Positions 20,102 through 28,348 of a stretch of 64,000 bases of DNA are shown piece after piece. The notes under the pieces were generated by a model, which saw nothing but the letters and a program-made list of their open reading frames with translations, made no database searches and had not been told where the DNA came from. Origin of the DNA: a bacterium (GTDB lineage: Bacteria; UBP7; UBA6624); the NCBI GenBank assembly GCA_002716355.1, contig PBAU01000003.1, positions 8,597 through 72,596 of the forward strand, given 5' to 3'. Every line of letters begins with the position of its first letter. Positions within the stretch are counted from its first letter, which is position 1. The translations under genes were made by a program, and so were the position numbers.

Positions 20102-20226
20102 AAAATTCCGAAAAGTTAAAAGGCAAGAGCTTGAGCCTGTTTAGCGCTTTGCTTCTTTTGTTTGCAATCTGGCTTGGCGTCAAGCTTGCTTTGGTTTTTA
20201 TGCTCTGGGTAACCGTGGTTAATTAA
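20098..20226 (+). CDS. 42-aa single-pass membrane micro-protein (MKNSEKLKGKSLSLFSALLLLFAIWLGVKLALVFMLWVTVVN), not in the ORF track
   Basis: The ATG overlaps the NHL gene's TGA (ATGA). Its TAA overlaps the ATG of the next gene (TAATG). Hydrophobic core, no internal stops. Confidence 0.45.
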   Translation: MKNSEKLKGKSLSLFSALLLLFAIWLGVKLALVFMLWVTVVN

Positions 20227-21470
20227 TGGTATCTAGATTTTACGGTAAGCAATCATTTGATTTTGAATGGCCTCGTGGTTGGAATGTTGAAACAATGCTT
20301 CCTCAAGAAAGGCCTTTTGTCCTGGATGAATTTGACATTCTTGAAGATGCTCTTGAGCAGCCTGTTGGAACAAGGACTCTTGACAAGGTAGTTAACAAAA
20401 AAGACAAGATATTAATTATTGTTCCTGATTCAAATAGAGAATTTAGATACGAGCTCGTGCTAAATTCCATCATTCGAAAAATATCAAAAATAAACAAGGA
20501 CATTGTTTTTATGATTGTCGGAACCGATATGAATGAACTTTATGTAGAGGATCAATACATAAAGTTCATTAAAGGATTGGATGGTGTCAAAAAAGTCATA
20601 CAGTATTCACCTGAGGATAAGTTTGACTCTAGCGGAAAGACAAAAGCAGGAACTCGTATAAAAACGAACAAGTATCTAAATGCTTTTACAAAAATAATTA
20701 CAATCGATCAGATAAACTTTCATGATTTAGTTGGTTATTCTGGAGGGCCTGAGACGCTTGTAAACACATGCAGTATAGAAACAATTACAAAAAATAGATC
20801 TCTTGTTTTCAATAAGGATAAAACTAGAAATCCAAGATGTTCAGCTGCAAGATTAAAGGGAAACATAATTTATGAAGACTTGATAGAGATATCAGCAAAC
20901 CTGAAACCACATTTCAATATAAATATTTTGCTTGATGAAAACAAAAAGATCGCAAGGGTTTTTTGTGGTGATTTTAGCTACTGCCATATGGACGGCTCAA
21001 AAGTTGTAATGGGATTTTATAGAGCTCTTGTTCCCAGGCGTAAAGTTTTAATAGCAAGTGCAGGTGGAGCTCCTTTTGATAACACTTTATCAGAAGCTCT
21101 GAAAGGTATTTTGTTTTGGTATAAAACAGTTAGCCCAAGAGGCGCGTTGTTTTATTCTGCTGAATGTTCATCAGGCTTTGGCAATAAAGAAATATTTAAA
21201 TGGGCAGCTTATCCTGCTGAGGTCTTGAGACAGAAGATAATTGATGACTTTAGTCCCGCTGCTTACAATGTTTTGAGGCTAAAAGAGGCTCAAAGACACT
21301 GTGATATATTCATCAACTCTTCACTTCCGAATGATGAATTGGAATTTCTTGGATTTAAGCCAGTGTCCAATTTTCCTGAAGGTTTGCTTAAGTTGAGAAA
21401 ATACTCTGAGGGCCTCCCTGAGCTTGCATGGATTCCAAATGCTTGTCAGGTTTTGGGTATTCCAGGATGA
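20226..21470 (+). CDS. LarA-like (lactate racemase N-terminal / DUF2088) family protein
   Basis: Size (414 aa) and motif FHDLVGYSGGPETL resembling the H-x-x-G-(F/Y)-S-G-G nickel-pincer-binding motif of LarA. No larB/C/E are nearby. Confidence 0.5.
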   Translation: MVSRFYGKQSFDFEWPRGWNVETMLPQERPFVLDEFDILEDALEQPVGTRTLDKVVNKKDKILIIVPDSNREFRYELVLNSIIRKISKINKDIVFMIVGTDMNELYVEDQYIKFIKGLDGVKKVIQYSPEDKFDSSGKTKAGTRIKTNKYLNAFTKIITIDQINFHDLVGYSGGPETLVNTCSIETITKNRSLVFNKDKTRNPRCSAARLKGNIIYEDLIEISANLKPHFNINILLDENKKIARVFCGDFSYCHMDGSKVVMGFYRALVPRRKVLIASAGGAPFDNTLSEALKGILFWYKTVSPRGALFYSAECSSGFGNKEIFKWAAYPAEVLRQKIIDDFSPAAYNVLRLKEAQRHCDIFINSSLPNDELEFLGFKPVSNFPEGLLKLRKYSEGLPELAWIPNACQVLGIPG

Positions 21471-21925
21471 AGGTTTTCTCAACAAACAAGAAAGCACATT
21501 ATCTATATGAAATTTCAGAAAAGTTTGAAGCTGGAGTTTCTCTTGAAGGTTGGGAGGTCCGCTCCATAAGGGAGGGTAGGCTGAACCTAAATCAAGCTCA
21601 TGCAAAAATCAAAGATGGAGAATTGTGGATCATAGGGTCACACATAGCTCCACTTCCCCAATCTTCTGAAAGTCAGAATTCAACAAGAGACAGGAAGCTT
21701 TTACTCAAGAAAAAGCAGATACTTGACATTGACAGGAAGATAGAACCTAAAGGTGTGACCGTTGTTCCGCTCAAAGCTTACCAGTCTCGAGGTAGAATAA
21801 AGATGGAAATCGCCATTGGGAAAGGAAGGACCAAGGCTGACAAAAGGTCAAGGATTCTTGAAGAACTTGACAGGAGAGATGCAAAAGAGTCAGTCAAGAG
21901 GGCCATGAGGGGAGGCGATTACTAA
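21467..21925 (+). CDS. smpB: SsrA-binding protein
   Basis: Conserved SmpB core (KKAHYLYEISEKFEAGVSLEGWEV...LLLKK). The start at MKVF overlaps the upstream stop by 4 nt. tmRNA lies immediately downstream. Confidence 0.9.
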   Translation: MKVFSTNKKAHYLYEISEKFEAGVSLEGWEVRSIREGRLNLNQAHAKIKDGELWIIGSHIAPLPQSSESQNSTRDRKLLLKKKQILDIDRKIEPKGVTVVPLKAYQSRGRIKMEIAIGKGRTKADKRSRILEELDRRDAKESVKRAMRGGDY

Positions 21926-21936
21926 GATATAGATTT

Positions 21937-22265
21937 GGGGGCGACTGGCTTCGACGGAAGTTGGAACAGTCGGGTTGCAAGCAGGTTTGTCATATCCCTT
22001 GATTGTGACAAAAAAAGTAAACGGCAAAAACGCTTACGCATTTGCTTAATTTAATTTAAGCAAGCTCCTCCTTTCAAGTCCATGTGAGAAAGGGTAGGGG
22101 CTCAGAAATCATGGAACGGCTCCCGGACCGTTATTCGGGGTTTTTGCTTTGAGGCCTGCCGTTTGATTGTTTAGGGTAGGTTGAGCATTTAAAACAATCT
22201 AAGCTTGTAGACACTCGTCTCAATAAGACAACCGGACCCGGGTTCAATTCCCGGCGCCTCCACCA
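21937..22265 (+). ncRNA. ssrA: tmRNA (ssrA), standard one-piece form
   Basis: 5' GGGGGCGACUGGCUUCGACGG and 3' GGACCCGGGUUCAAUUCCCGGCGCCUCCACCA. The acceptor stem carries G3:U70. T-arm GGUUCAAUUCC. Encoded CCA. Internal tag reading frame at 22022-22048 (GGC AAA AAC GCT TAC GCA TTT GCT TAA = GKNAYAFA*). Confidence 0.9.
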
Positions 22266-22291
22266 ATCCTGCTAGTTGGTTAGAATCATCA

Positions 22292-22759
22292 TTGATGAAA
22301 AAAAGGCAGATCAATTCGTTCCTTGTAATCATGGTGTCGATTGCAGTTGCTGTCTTTGTCACACAGATACTTGAATCATTGGGTCATTTTGCATTCTCAA
22401 GGGATCTCATAGAGGAAATCAGTGCGTTTGAAGATCCTGATGAGATGAAAGAGGCTTATGTGTCAATGGTTGAGAAGATGTCCTTTCCAGCAAAGCTTTC
22501 GGTTTTGATTTCGTGGTTTCTCGGAGCCATGAGCGGAGGTTTCATTTCAAGTCTCATGTCCTCAACGAATAAGGTGTTCCATGCAAAGATGATTGGCTAC
22601 ATATACCTTTTCTTCACGATATTGACACTCTTGAACATCCCGCATCCATGGTGGATGTGGCTTTCCGTCTTTCTCATAATCCCGGCTTCCTTTATAGGCA
22701 GCAGCTTCATTCCCGCCAAGGCAAAAGATTCTGAAGAGCCTGAGATCATAGAACCCTAG
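22292..22759 (+). CDS. hypothetical integral membrane protein (about 4 TM) in the GC-shifted segment
   Basis: Hydrophobic segments. Codon usage visibly richer in G/C-ending codons than flanking genes. Confidence 0.45.
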   Translation: MMKKRQINSFLVIMVSIAVAVFVTQILESLGHFAFSRDLIEEISAFEDPDEMKEAYVSMVEKMSFPAKLSVLISWFLGAMSGGFISSLMSSTNKVFHAKMIGYIYLFFTILTLLNIPHPWWMWLSVFLIIPASFIGSSFIPAKAKDSEEPEIIEP

Positions 22760-22803
22760 AAACTTTCAGGCACCTTTACAGGTAAATCTATTTAGGTGTA
22801 GCC

Positions 22804-23070
22804 ATGATTACTGATCCCTTTGTCATCCTTTTCGTGCTGGGGCTTCCGCTTTTCTTCCTGGCTTTCCTGATAAGGGATTGGAGTAAGGGCAAGCGAAATC
22901 CTGCATTTCTCATATTCTTCTTGCCTTGCCTGTATTTCATGTGGAACGGATTTGTTTCGGATGCCTGGGACTATATCGAGGCTGCAAGCTCTGTCGCTTC
23001 GGTTGCAGGGATCATCTACATGATAAAGAGGGCGGAATCGACTGACCTCAAACCTAGAATAAAAGACTGA
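22804..23070 (+). CDS. hypothetical small membrane protein (88 aa, 2-3 TM)
   Basis: ORF with hydrophobic helices. Same compositional shift. Confidence 0.4.
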   Translation: MITDPFVILFVLGLPLFFLAFLIRDWSKGKRNPAFLIFFLPCLYFMWNGFVSDAWDYIEAASSVASVAGIIYMIKRAESTDLKPRIKD

Positions 23071-23256
23071 AAGTCAACAAAATGACGCTGATGCAATATT
23101 TTCCATATCCCTTGCTGAACCAGGGAGGGGCCGGCTTGATTATCGTATTCTTTTGGATAGCGATTCCTATTGTTGCAACCTGCCTTTGTTTCTTGTGTAT
23201 TTTGCATACAGGAAAGGAAGGGCAAAGAGTTAGGGCTAGATGTTATAGTATTCAGG

Positions 23257-23754
23257 ATGAATAAAATATTTTTTGCATTGTTCCTGACATTGCTGTACTG
23301 GGTGTTCAAGAGTTGGATATTCTTGATGTGGCCCATGATTCCCCTGTACCTTTCTGTGTTTATTGCTCTCTTCTGGAAAGACCTAAGAAAAGACTGGATT
23401 GCATTCCTGAAGAGGCCAGCATTTTCACTGCCTCTCACGCTCTATCTTTTTGCAAGGCTTCATGGAGGCCCTGTTGGAGAGGTTGTTTCAGCTTTTGAGT
23501 CACTTTGGTTTGTATTTGCGCCACTCTGGTTTTACATTGTTGTTGAAGATGTGAAGGCCCGTCCTGAGAAAACTGAACCAGAAAAGGTCAACCCTGTTGC
23601 GAATGGCTTCAAGTGGGCGCTTTTCGCTTTCATTGTCACTTTCGGCGCTCTTTTTGGGGCTCCAAATGAAAATGCAGTTGCAGTATTGGCAATGATATGG
23701 ATAGGATTCGGATTGATCGGTTATGCAAGGGCTGGAGGCTTTAAGAGGAAATAA
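23257..23754 (+). CDS. hypothetical integral membrane protein (about 5 TM). The track ORF starts at 23170, but the likely start is MNKIFFALF.
   Basis: Hydrophobic segments, W/F-rich. Same compositional shift. Confidence 0.45.
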   Translation: MNKIFFALFLTLLYWVFKSWIFLMWPMIPLYLSVFIALFWKDLRKDWIAFLKRPAFSLPLTLYLFARLHGGPVGEVVSAFESLWFVFAPLWFYIVVEDVKARPEKTEPEKVNPVANGFKWALFAFIVTFGALFGAPNENAVAVLAMIWIGFGLIGYARAGGFKRK

Positions 23755-23763
23755 AATAGCACT

Positions 23764-24480
23764 ATGAGAGTTGATGGACGAAAATTTGATGAGCTTAGGC
23801 CAATTGAGATCATTCCAAACTGGACAGAGAACCCTGATGGTTCCGTTTTGATAAAGTGGGGCAGGACATGGGTTTTGTGCACGGCCTCAGTTGAATACAG
23901 GTCTCCCATGTGGCAAAAGGAAAAGGATGAAGGGTGGGTTACCGGTGATTACGGAATGCTCCCAGGTTCGACTGACACAAGGAAGAGAAGGCCTGGCCTG
24001 AAGCCAGACAGCAGAGGCACTGAGATAAAAAGGCTTATAGGAAGAAGCTTGAGAGGTGCATGTGACCTTTCTGCGATACCTGGATGGACCATATCCGTTG
24101 ATTGTGATGTGCTTCAGGCAGACGGAGGAACGCGTGTTGCATCAATTACAGGCGGAATGATAGCTTTAAGCATCGCAGCTGAATCAATGGTTGAAAAAGG
24201 CCTTCTGGCTTCTGTGAGCAAACTCATAACAGAGCCAGTGATAGCGATTTCATTAGGGATAGTTGGTGAAGACGCTGTTCTTGATCTTAACTATAAAGAA
24301 GACTCGACTGCTGAGGTTGACTTGAACCTTGTAGGGACATTGAATGGAAAATGCATTGAGGTTCAAGGCACATCAGAGGGAAGGGCGATGGAGAAAGAGG
24401 ATCTTGACAACCTTTTGGATTTAGGCTTTAAAGGTCTTTCCAAGGTTTCTGAAATAGCAAAGCCCTTCATTAACGTTTGA
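23764..24480 (+). CDS. rph: ribonuclease PH
   Basis: 238 aa. Strong RNase PH motifs (MRVDGR...LRP, VLCTASVE, GWVTGDYGMLPGST, TRKRR, DCDVLQADGGTR, ASITGG). Confidence 0.9.
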   Translation: MRVDGRKFDELRPIEIIPNWTENPDGSVLIKWGRTWVLCTASVEYRSPMWQKEKDEGWVTGDYGMLPGSTDTRKRRPGLKPDSRGTEIKRLIGRSLRGACDLSAIPGWTISVDCDVLQADGGTRVASITGGMIALSIAAESMVEKGLLASVSKLITEPVIAISLGIVGEDAVLDLNYKEDSTAEVDLNLVGTLNGKCIEVQGTSEGRAMEKEDLDNLLDLGFKGLSKVSEIAKPFINV

Positions 24481-24489
24481 TAGCGATTT

Positions 24490-24714
24490 ATGCTCTATAA
24501 CCTATTCTTTGTGCTGACATGCCTATGCATCGCTTACCTATCAGGAGCTAGAAGCGGAATGATATTCCTTTGGTTCATCCCTTTCCTTTTGATTAAGTTT
24601 GTCAATCTTTCGACCTATTCGTTAGCTGGCATCTTTCTGATCCTCTTTGTTGTTTGCGTCAGGATAATGCAAAAAGGCACCTATGGTGACACTTGGGGCG
24701 AAAAGGATGTTTAA
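24490..24714 (+). CDS. hypothetical small membrane protein (74 aa)
   Basis: ORF with two hydrophobic helices. Confidence 0.35.
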   Translation: MLYNLFFVLTCLCIAYLSGARSGMIFLWFIPFLLIKFVNLSTYSLAGIFLILFVVCVRIMQKGTYGDTWGEKDV

Positions 24715-24830
24715 CGAGTGGGGCACTTTTAACTCTATATAGGTATTTCCGATAATCAAGATTATGTTACATAATTAATAAAACAGAGGGAATGCTGTTT
24801 TATTAAAGCTTTAAATCCTTTATTATTAGC

Positions 24831-25040
24831 ATGATGAAGAAGTTCCTTTTAGCTTTATGTGCTCCAGTACTTGGCTTAGCCAGCCTGAATGGCTTAATCG
24901 CTATAGCATGCTCTTTTATTGCATCTAATCTTTTTGATAGCTTTTGGCTCGGGAAAGGCTTATGGATATTGCCTATTTCTTTTTATTTATTTTTTTACTA
25001 CCTGATTGCTTTTGTGAATTTTAGAAAGCAGACCGGTTAG
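24831..25040 (+). CDS. hypothetical small membrane protein (69 aa)
   Basis: ORF with two hydrophobic helices. Possible signal peptide. Confidence 0.3.
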   Translation: MMKKFLLALCAPVLGLASLNGLIAIACSFIASNLFDSFWLGKGLWILPISFYLFFYYLIAFVNFRKQTG

Positions 25041-25531
25041 AAAGCTGCACTTCTAAAGGTGAAGTTTTTTAGATCTTTTAAGAATTCTTTTGGTGTTTGT
25101 TTTTTAATGTCAGGAAAACCTCGGAATTTATGATTGTTAAAAGTGACTATCCTTTTGATGTCATTGTTTTTAATGGTCCAATACAGGTTAGCCTCTTCGA
25201 CATCAGATGTATAGAACCTTTCTTCTTCCATTTTTTCAAGACCTTTATCTAACTCGTATGCTGACATATGAAATATACGCATGTTGCCAAATGATTCAAG
25301 TTCTTTCACTATGCTATTCATGAGGTTATGTTTGAATGGAGGATATATTATGGATGGATTTGATAGTTTTGTAAACAGCTCTCCTATATGGTAGCCTGAT
25401 ATGATGCCCTGCACGTCACCATACTGACACCTCTCCCCTTTAAGTGAACTTAGAAGCTCCCTGCATTCATCTGTCTCTGGACATCTTATGAATGTTGCAA
25501 CAAGTGGGCCTTTATCAATCAAAAATCTCAT
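25037..25531 (-). CDS. hypothetical 164-aa protein, possibly a PIN-like nuclease (toxin candidate)
   Basis: Acidic residues are spaced like the PIN catalytic D/E/D/D pattern (FLIDKG near the N-terminus, YELDKG near residue 95, TSDVEE near residue 110). It overlaps the upstream HTH gene by 17 nt. Confidence 0.3.
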   Translation of the reverse strand: MRFLIDKGPLVATFIRCPETDECRELLSSLKGERCQYGDVQGIISGYHIGELFTKLSNPSIIYPPFKHNLMNSIVKELESFGNMRIFHMSAYELDKGLEKMEEERFYTSDVEEANLYWTIKNNDIKRIVTFNNHKFRGFPDIKKQTPKEFLKDLKNFTFRSAAF

Positions 25532-25826
25532 GCTTTAACCTTATTTCAACTGTTGCTATTGGTAGATTCAGCAGCCTGTGATCCCCTTTTGTCATAGGGT
25601 CTGGAGATGATTCGACTTCGTATTGAAGCACCGCAGAAGGCTTTGATTTTGTTTCAGACATAAATTCTGTAATGCTTGATTTGTGAAAATAAATCCTCTT
25701 TCCTCTCTTTATCCCAGATATCTGACCTTCCCTATAGTACTTTCTTACTGTAAAGGGTTTAACTGAAAGTAGCTTTGCAACTTCTTCTACAGTTAAAAAA
25801 TCGTTGTTTGATCCTTCTGGTAACAT
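25515..25826 (-). CDS. excisionase/MerR-like (HTH_17) DNA-binding protein, antitoxin or regulator candidate
   Basis: LTVEEVAKLLSVKPFTVRKYYREGQISGIKRGKRIYF matches the Xis/HTH_17 helix-turn-helix pattern. Confidence 0.55.
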   Translation of the reverse strand: MLPEGSNNDFLTVEEVAKLLSVKPFTVRKYYREGQISGIKRGKRIYFHKSSITEFMSETKSKPSAVLQYEVESSPDPMTKGDHRLLNLPIATVEIRLKHEIFD

Positions 25827-26063
25827 ATACGCATAAATATTAACATAAAATAACTATTAAACAATATATAACAACATAAAAAATGCTTCAAATCAGTTAA
25901 AAAACAAACTGTAAAAAAGATATCTAGTTAATTTTCAGTTAATAAAATAACTAAAAAAAAACTTATCAAACTACCCTAATCCTTCCTTTTTTGACGTTTT
26001 TGATCATTTGCGATGCTGGCTTCATAAATATTGTTTTTTGATTATTTTTTTTAAAATGGGTAT

Positions 26064-27458
26064 ATGGATACAGGTTTGATTGTTTTTTTGGTCTATGTTT
26101 CTTTTATGTTCTTTCATGCGTGGACAGGAAATAAAAAGATTAAAAACTCTGTTGATTTCAATGTTGCTGGCAGAGGTTTGTCTGGTTTTGTTATAGGTTT
26201 GTCCTTTTATGCTTCTTTTATGAGCACTAATTCTTTTCTTGGCCTGGCTGGAAGGTCTCACTCCTGGGGTTTTTCTATATGGGGATCAGGTATTCTCTTT
26301 ATTATTTTTGCATGGGTTTCATGGAGGTTTATTGCACCTAAGCTTAGGCTTCGCACAGAAGAGTTAGGCGCCCTAACCCTATCGGACTACCTTGGATATG
26401 CTTTTAAGAGTAAAAGTTATGAAAGAGCAGCTTGTTTGGTTATATTGCTTGCAAGCATACCGTTCATGCAAGCTGTCTTCAAGGGTGTGATGCTGGTTGT
26501 TTCACAAATGACGGGACTCTCATCAACGACATCTTTGGCTTTGGCATGGTTTATTATCGTTGTTTACACTGTTGCTGGTGGCTTTCATGCTGTTGCAAAA
26601 ACTGATGTGGTTCAAGCGTTCATAATGCTTATTGCTTCTTTGTTCCTACCCTTTTCAATGCTTAGGTCTTATGGAGGTATTCAGAATCTTGTTCAATCTT
26701 CTTCTCTGGATGCAGGAGTTGCTGTTTCTGATATATGGGCGATGGCTCCGCTTGGAGCTGTTATAGGGATTGGTTTAGCAGGAGGCTTTAAGATGATGTC
26801 TGAGCCGAGGCAGATTTCTAGATTTTTTGCAATAGATAATAAAGAAATAAAAAAAGGAGAGAAGATAGCTTTGTGGACTTTAGCAGTTTCCTATCTTTTT
26901 ATACTGCCTGTAGGGTTTTTGTCTAGAGGTTTTTTAAATTCTTATGAGGGTGATCTTGATGCAATTGTTCCAACATTACTATCAATGCCAGAGGTTGTTC
27001 ATCCTTTTTTGGGTTATGTTTTTCTTGCAGCCTTCCTTGCTGCTGCTATGAGTAGTTTAGATTCAATATTACTTGCTGTTTCAGGAAGTGTTCAGAGAGG
27101 CTTTTTTCACAACAAAACAAGAAATGAATTGTTTTCAACAAGAGTTATTGTTGTAGTTTTAAGCATACTTCCTGCTTTTTTGGTTTTGTATAATCCTGCA
27201 GAGATAATTGCATTAACAACTTTATCAGGAGCAGTTTTTGGAGCGGCATTCCTTCCTTCTCTGATTCATTCTCTCTATAGTAAAACTGTACCAATCAAAG
27301 CAGCATGGGTATCGCTTATTGCGGGCTTTTCTTCAGTTTTGATCTGGAAATTTTATATTATTGCAAATTGGCCAAGTTTTAAAATGATTCATGAGGTTGT
27401 AGCAGGAACTTTAATCTCCTTCCTTCTTTTTTATTTAGTTAAAGGTAGAGATGATTAA
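26064..27458 (+). CDS. sodium:solute symporter family (SSF) transporter
   Basis: About 13 TM segments. SSF-like topology and length (464 aa). Confidence 0.7.
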   Translation: MDTGLIVFLVYVSFMFFHAWTGNKKIKNSVDFNVAGRGLSGFVIGLSFYASFMSTNSFLGLAGRSHSWGFSIWGSGILFIIFAWVSWRFIAPKLRLRTEELGALTLSDYLGYAFKSKSYERAACLVILLASIPFMQAVFKGVMLVVSQMTGLSSTTSLALAWFIIVVYTVAGGFHAVAKTDVVQAFIMLIASLFLPFSMLRSYGGIQNLVQSSSLDAGVAVSDIWAMAPLGAVIGIGLAGGFKMMSEPRQISRFFAIDNKEIKKGEKIALWTLAVSYLFILPVGFLSRGFLNSYEGDLDAIVPTLLSMPEVVHPFLGYVFLAAFLAAAMSSLDSILLAVSGSVQRGFFHNKTRNELFSTRVIVVVLSILPAFLVLYNPAEIIALTTLSGAVFGAAFLPSLIHSLYSKTVPIKAAWVSLIAGFSSVLIWKFYIIANWPSFKMIHEVVAGTLISFLLFYLVKGRDD

Positions 27459-27933
27459 GGATATCAAGATAAGAGTTGCTGCTATAGTCAGCCATGAAAA
27501 CAAGATACTTTTTAACAGGCAAGAGATTCCTGGTAAAGCGTGCGTTTATTCACTGATGGGAGGACATCTTGAATTTGGAGAATCTGTTAAAAATTGTTTG
27601 GTGCGAGAGTTCAAAGAAGAGCTTGAGTGGGATATTGAAGTTCAGAATCTTCTTTATGTTTGCGAGAATTCATGGCTTGAAGAGGACCCTGAAGATTTTA
27701 ACTTTAATCAAAAAATGCATGGTGTTGAATTGTATTTTTATGCAAAATTGAAAAAAAAATTAATTGGCAAGGATCCTAAGACTGAAGAGGAACATCTTTG
27801 GCCAGGATGGTTTTCGAAAAAAGATATAGAAAAAGATGGAAAGATTGTTCCTTCTTTTTTAGAGGAAAGGCTTTTTGAGGATATGGAAAAAGGGTTCTCT
27901 TCGAAAGTTAAATTCTTTACAGCTGGTTTTTGA
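27451..27933 (+). CDS. NUDIX hydrolase
   Basis: Nudix box GGHLEFGESVKNCLVREFKEELEW. Confidence 0.8.
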   Translation: MIKDIKIRVAAIVSHENKILFNRQEIPGKACVYSLMGGHLEFGESVKNCLVREFKEELEWDIEVQNLLYVCENSWLEEDPEDFNFNQKMHGVELYFYAKLKKKLIGKDPKTEEEHLWPGWFSKKDIEKDGKIVPSFLEERLFEDMEKGFSSKVKFFTAGF

Positions 27934-27934
27934 T

Positions 27935-28348
27935 TTATTGGTTTTTTATTTTTTCTTTTACTCTTTGAGACACTTTATCAATTTCTTTTGATATTTGGCA
28001 TTCCCAAAACCTCATAACAACCCATCCTTCTTTTTTAAGCCTTATGTTCGTTTCTGCATCTCTTTTTTTATTTTGCTTAAGCTTTTCATCCCAGTATTTT
28101 TTATTTGAAGATGGTTTTTTGTAACAGGATGGACACCCATGCCAAAAACATCCATCAACAAAAATTGATATTTTTTTGCCAACATAGCAAATATCAGGTT
28201 TTCCAGGTGCTTTGATGTAGTTTAACCTGTAACCTCTATATCCTGAATGCCAAAGATTTTTTCTTAGAGTTATTTCAGGCTTGGTATTTTTCCCTCTTAT
28301 TCGAGACATTATCTTGGATCTTGTTTTCTTGGAAACCCTATCGGTCAT
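27935..28348 (-). CDS. vsr: very-short-patch-repair (Vsr) T:G mismatch endonuclease
   Basis: Near-canonical Vsr motifs (RSKIMSRIR, PGKPDI, FVDGCFWHGC, YW..K...N..RD, WECQ). Confidence 0.9.
   Translation of the reverse strand: MTDRVSKKTRSKIMSRIRGKNTKPEITLRKNLWHSGYRGYRLNYIKAPGKPDICYVGKKISIFVDGCFWHGCPSCYKKPSSNKKYWDEKLKQNKKRDAETNIRLKKEGWVVMRFWECQISKEIDKVSQRVKEKIKNQ

Noticed and set aside
24715-24830. Possible rho-independent terminator (AACAGagggaatgCTGTTTTATT) after the GC-shifted gene block
   Set aside because: The stem is only 5 bp and AU-rich. This is too weak to call as a terminator without folding-energy calculation.
25827-26063. 237-bp AT-rich gap searched for a direct repeat of the tmRNA 3' end (attR of the putative island) and for small RNAs
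   Set aside because: No match to GGTTCAATTCCCGGCGCCTCCACCA or a 12+ nt portion was found by eye. It is treated as a divergent promoter region only. The island boundary therefore remains unconfirmed.
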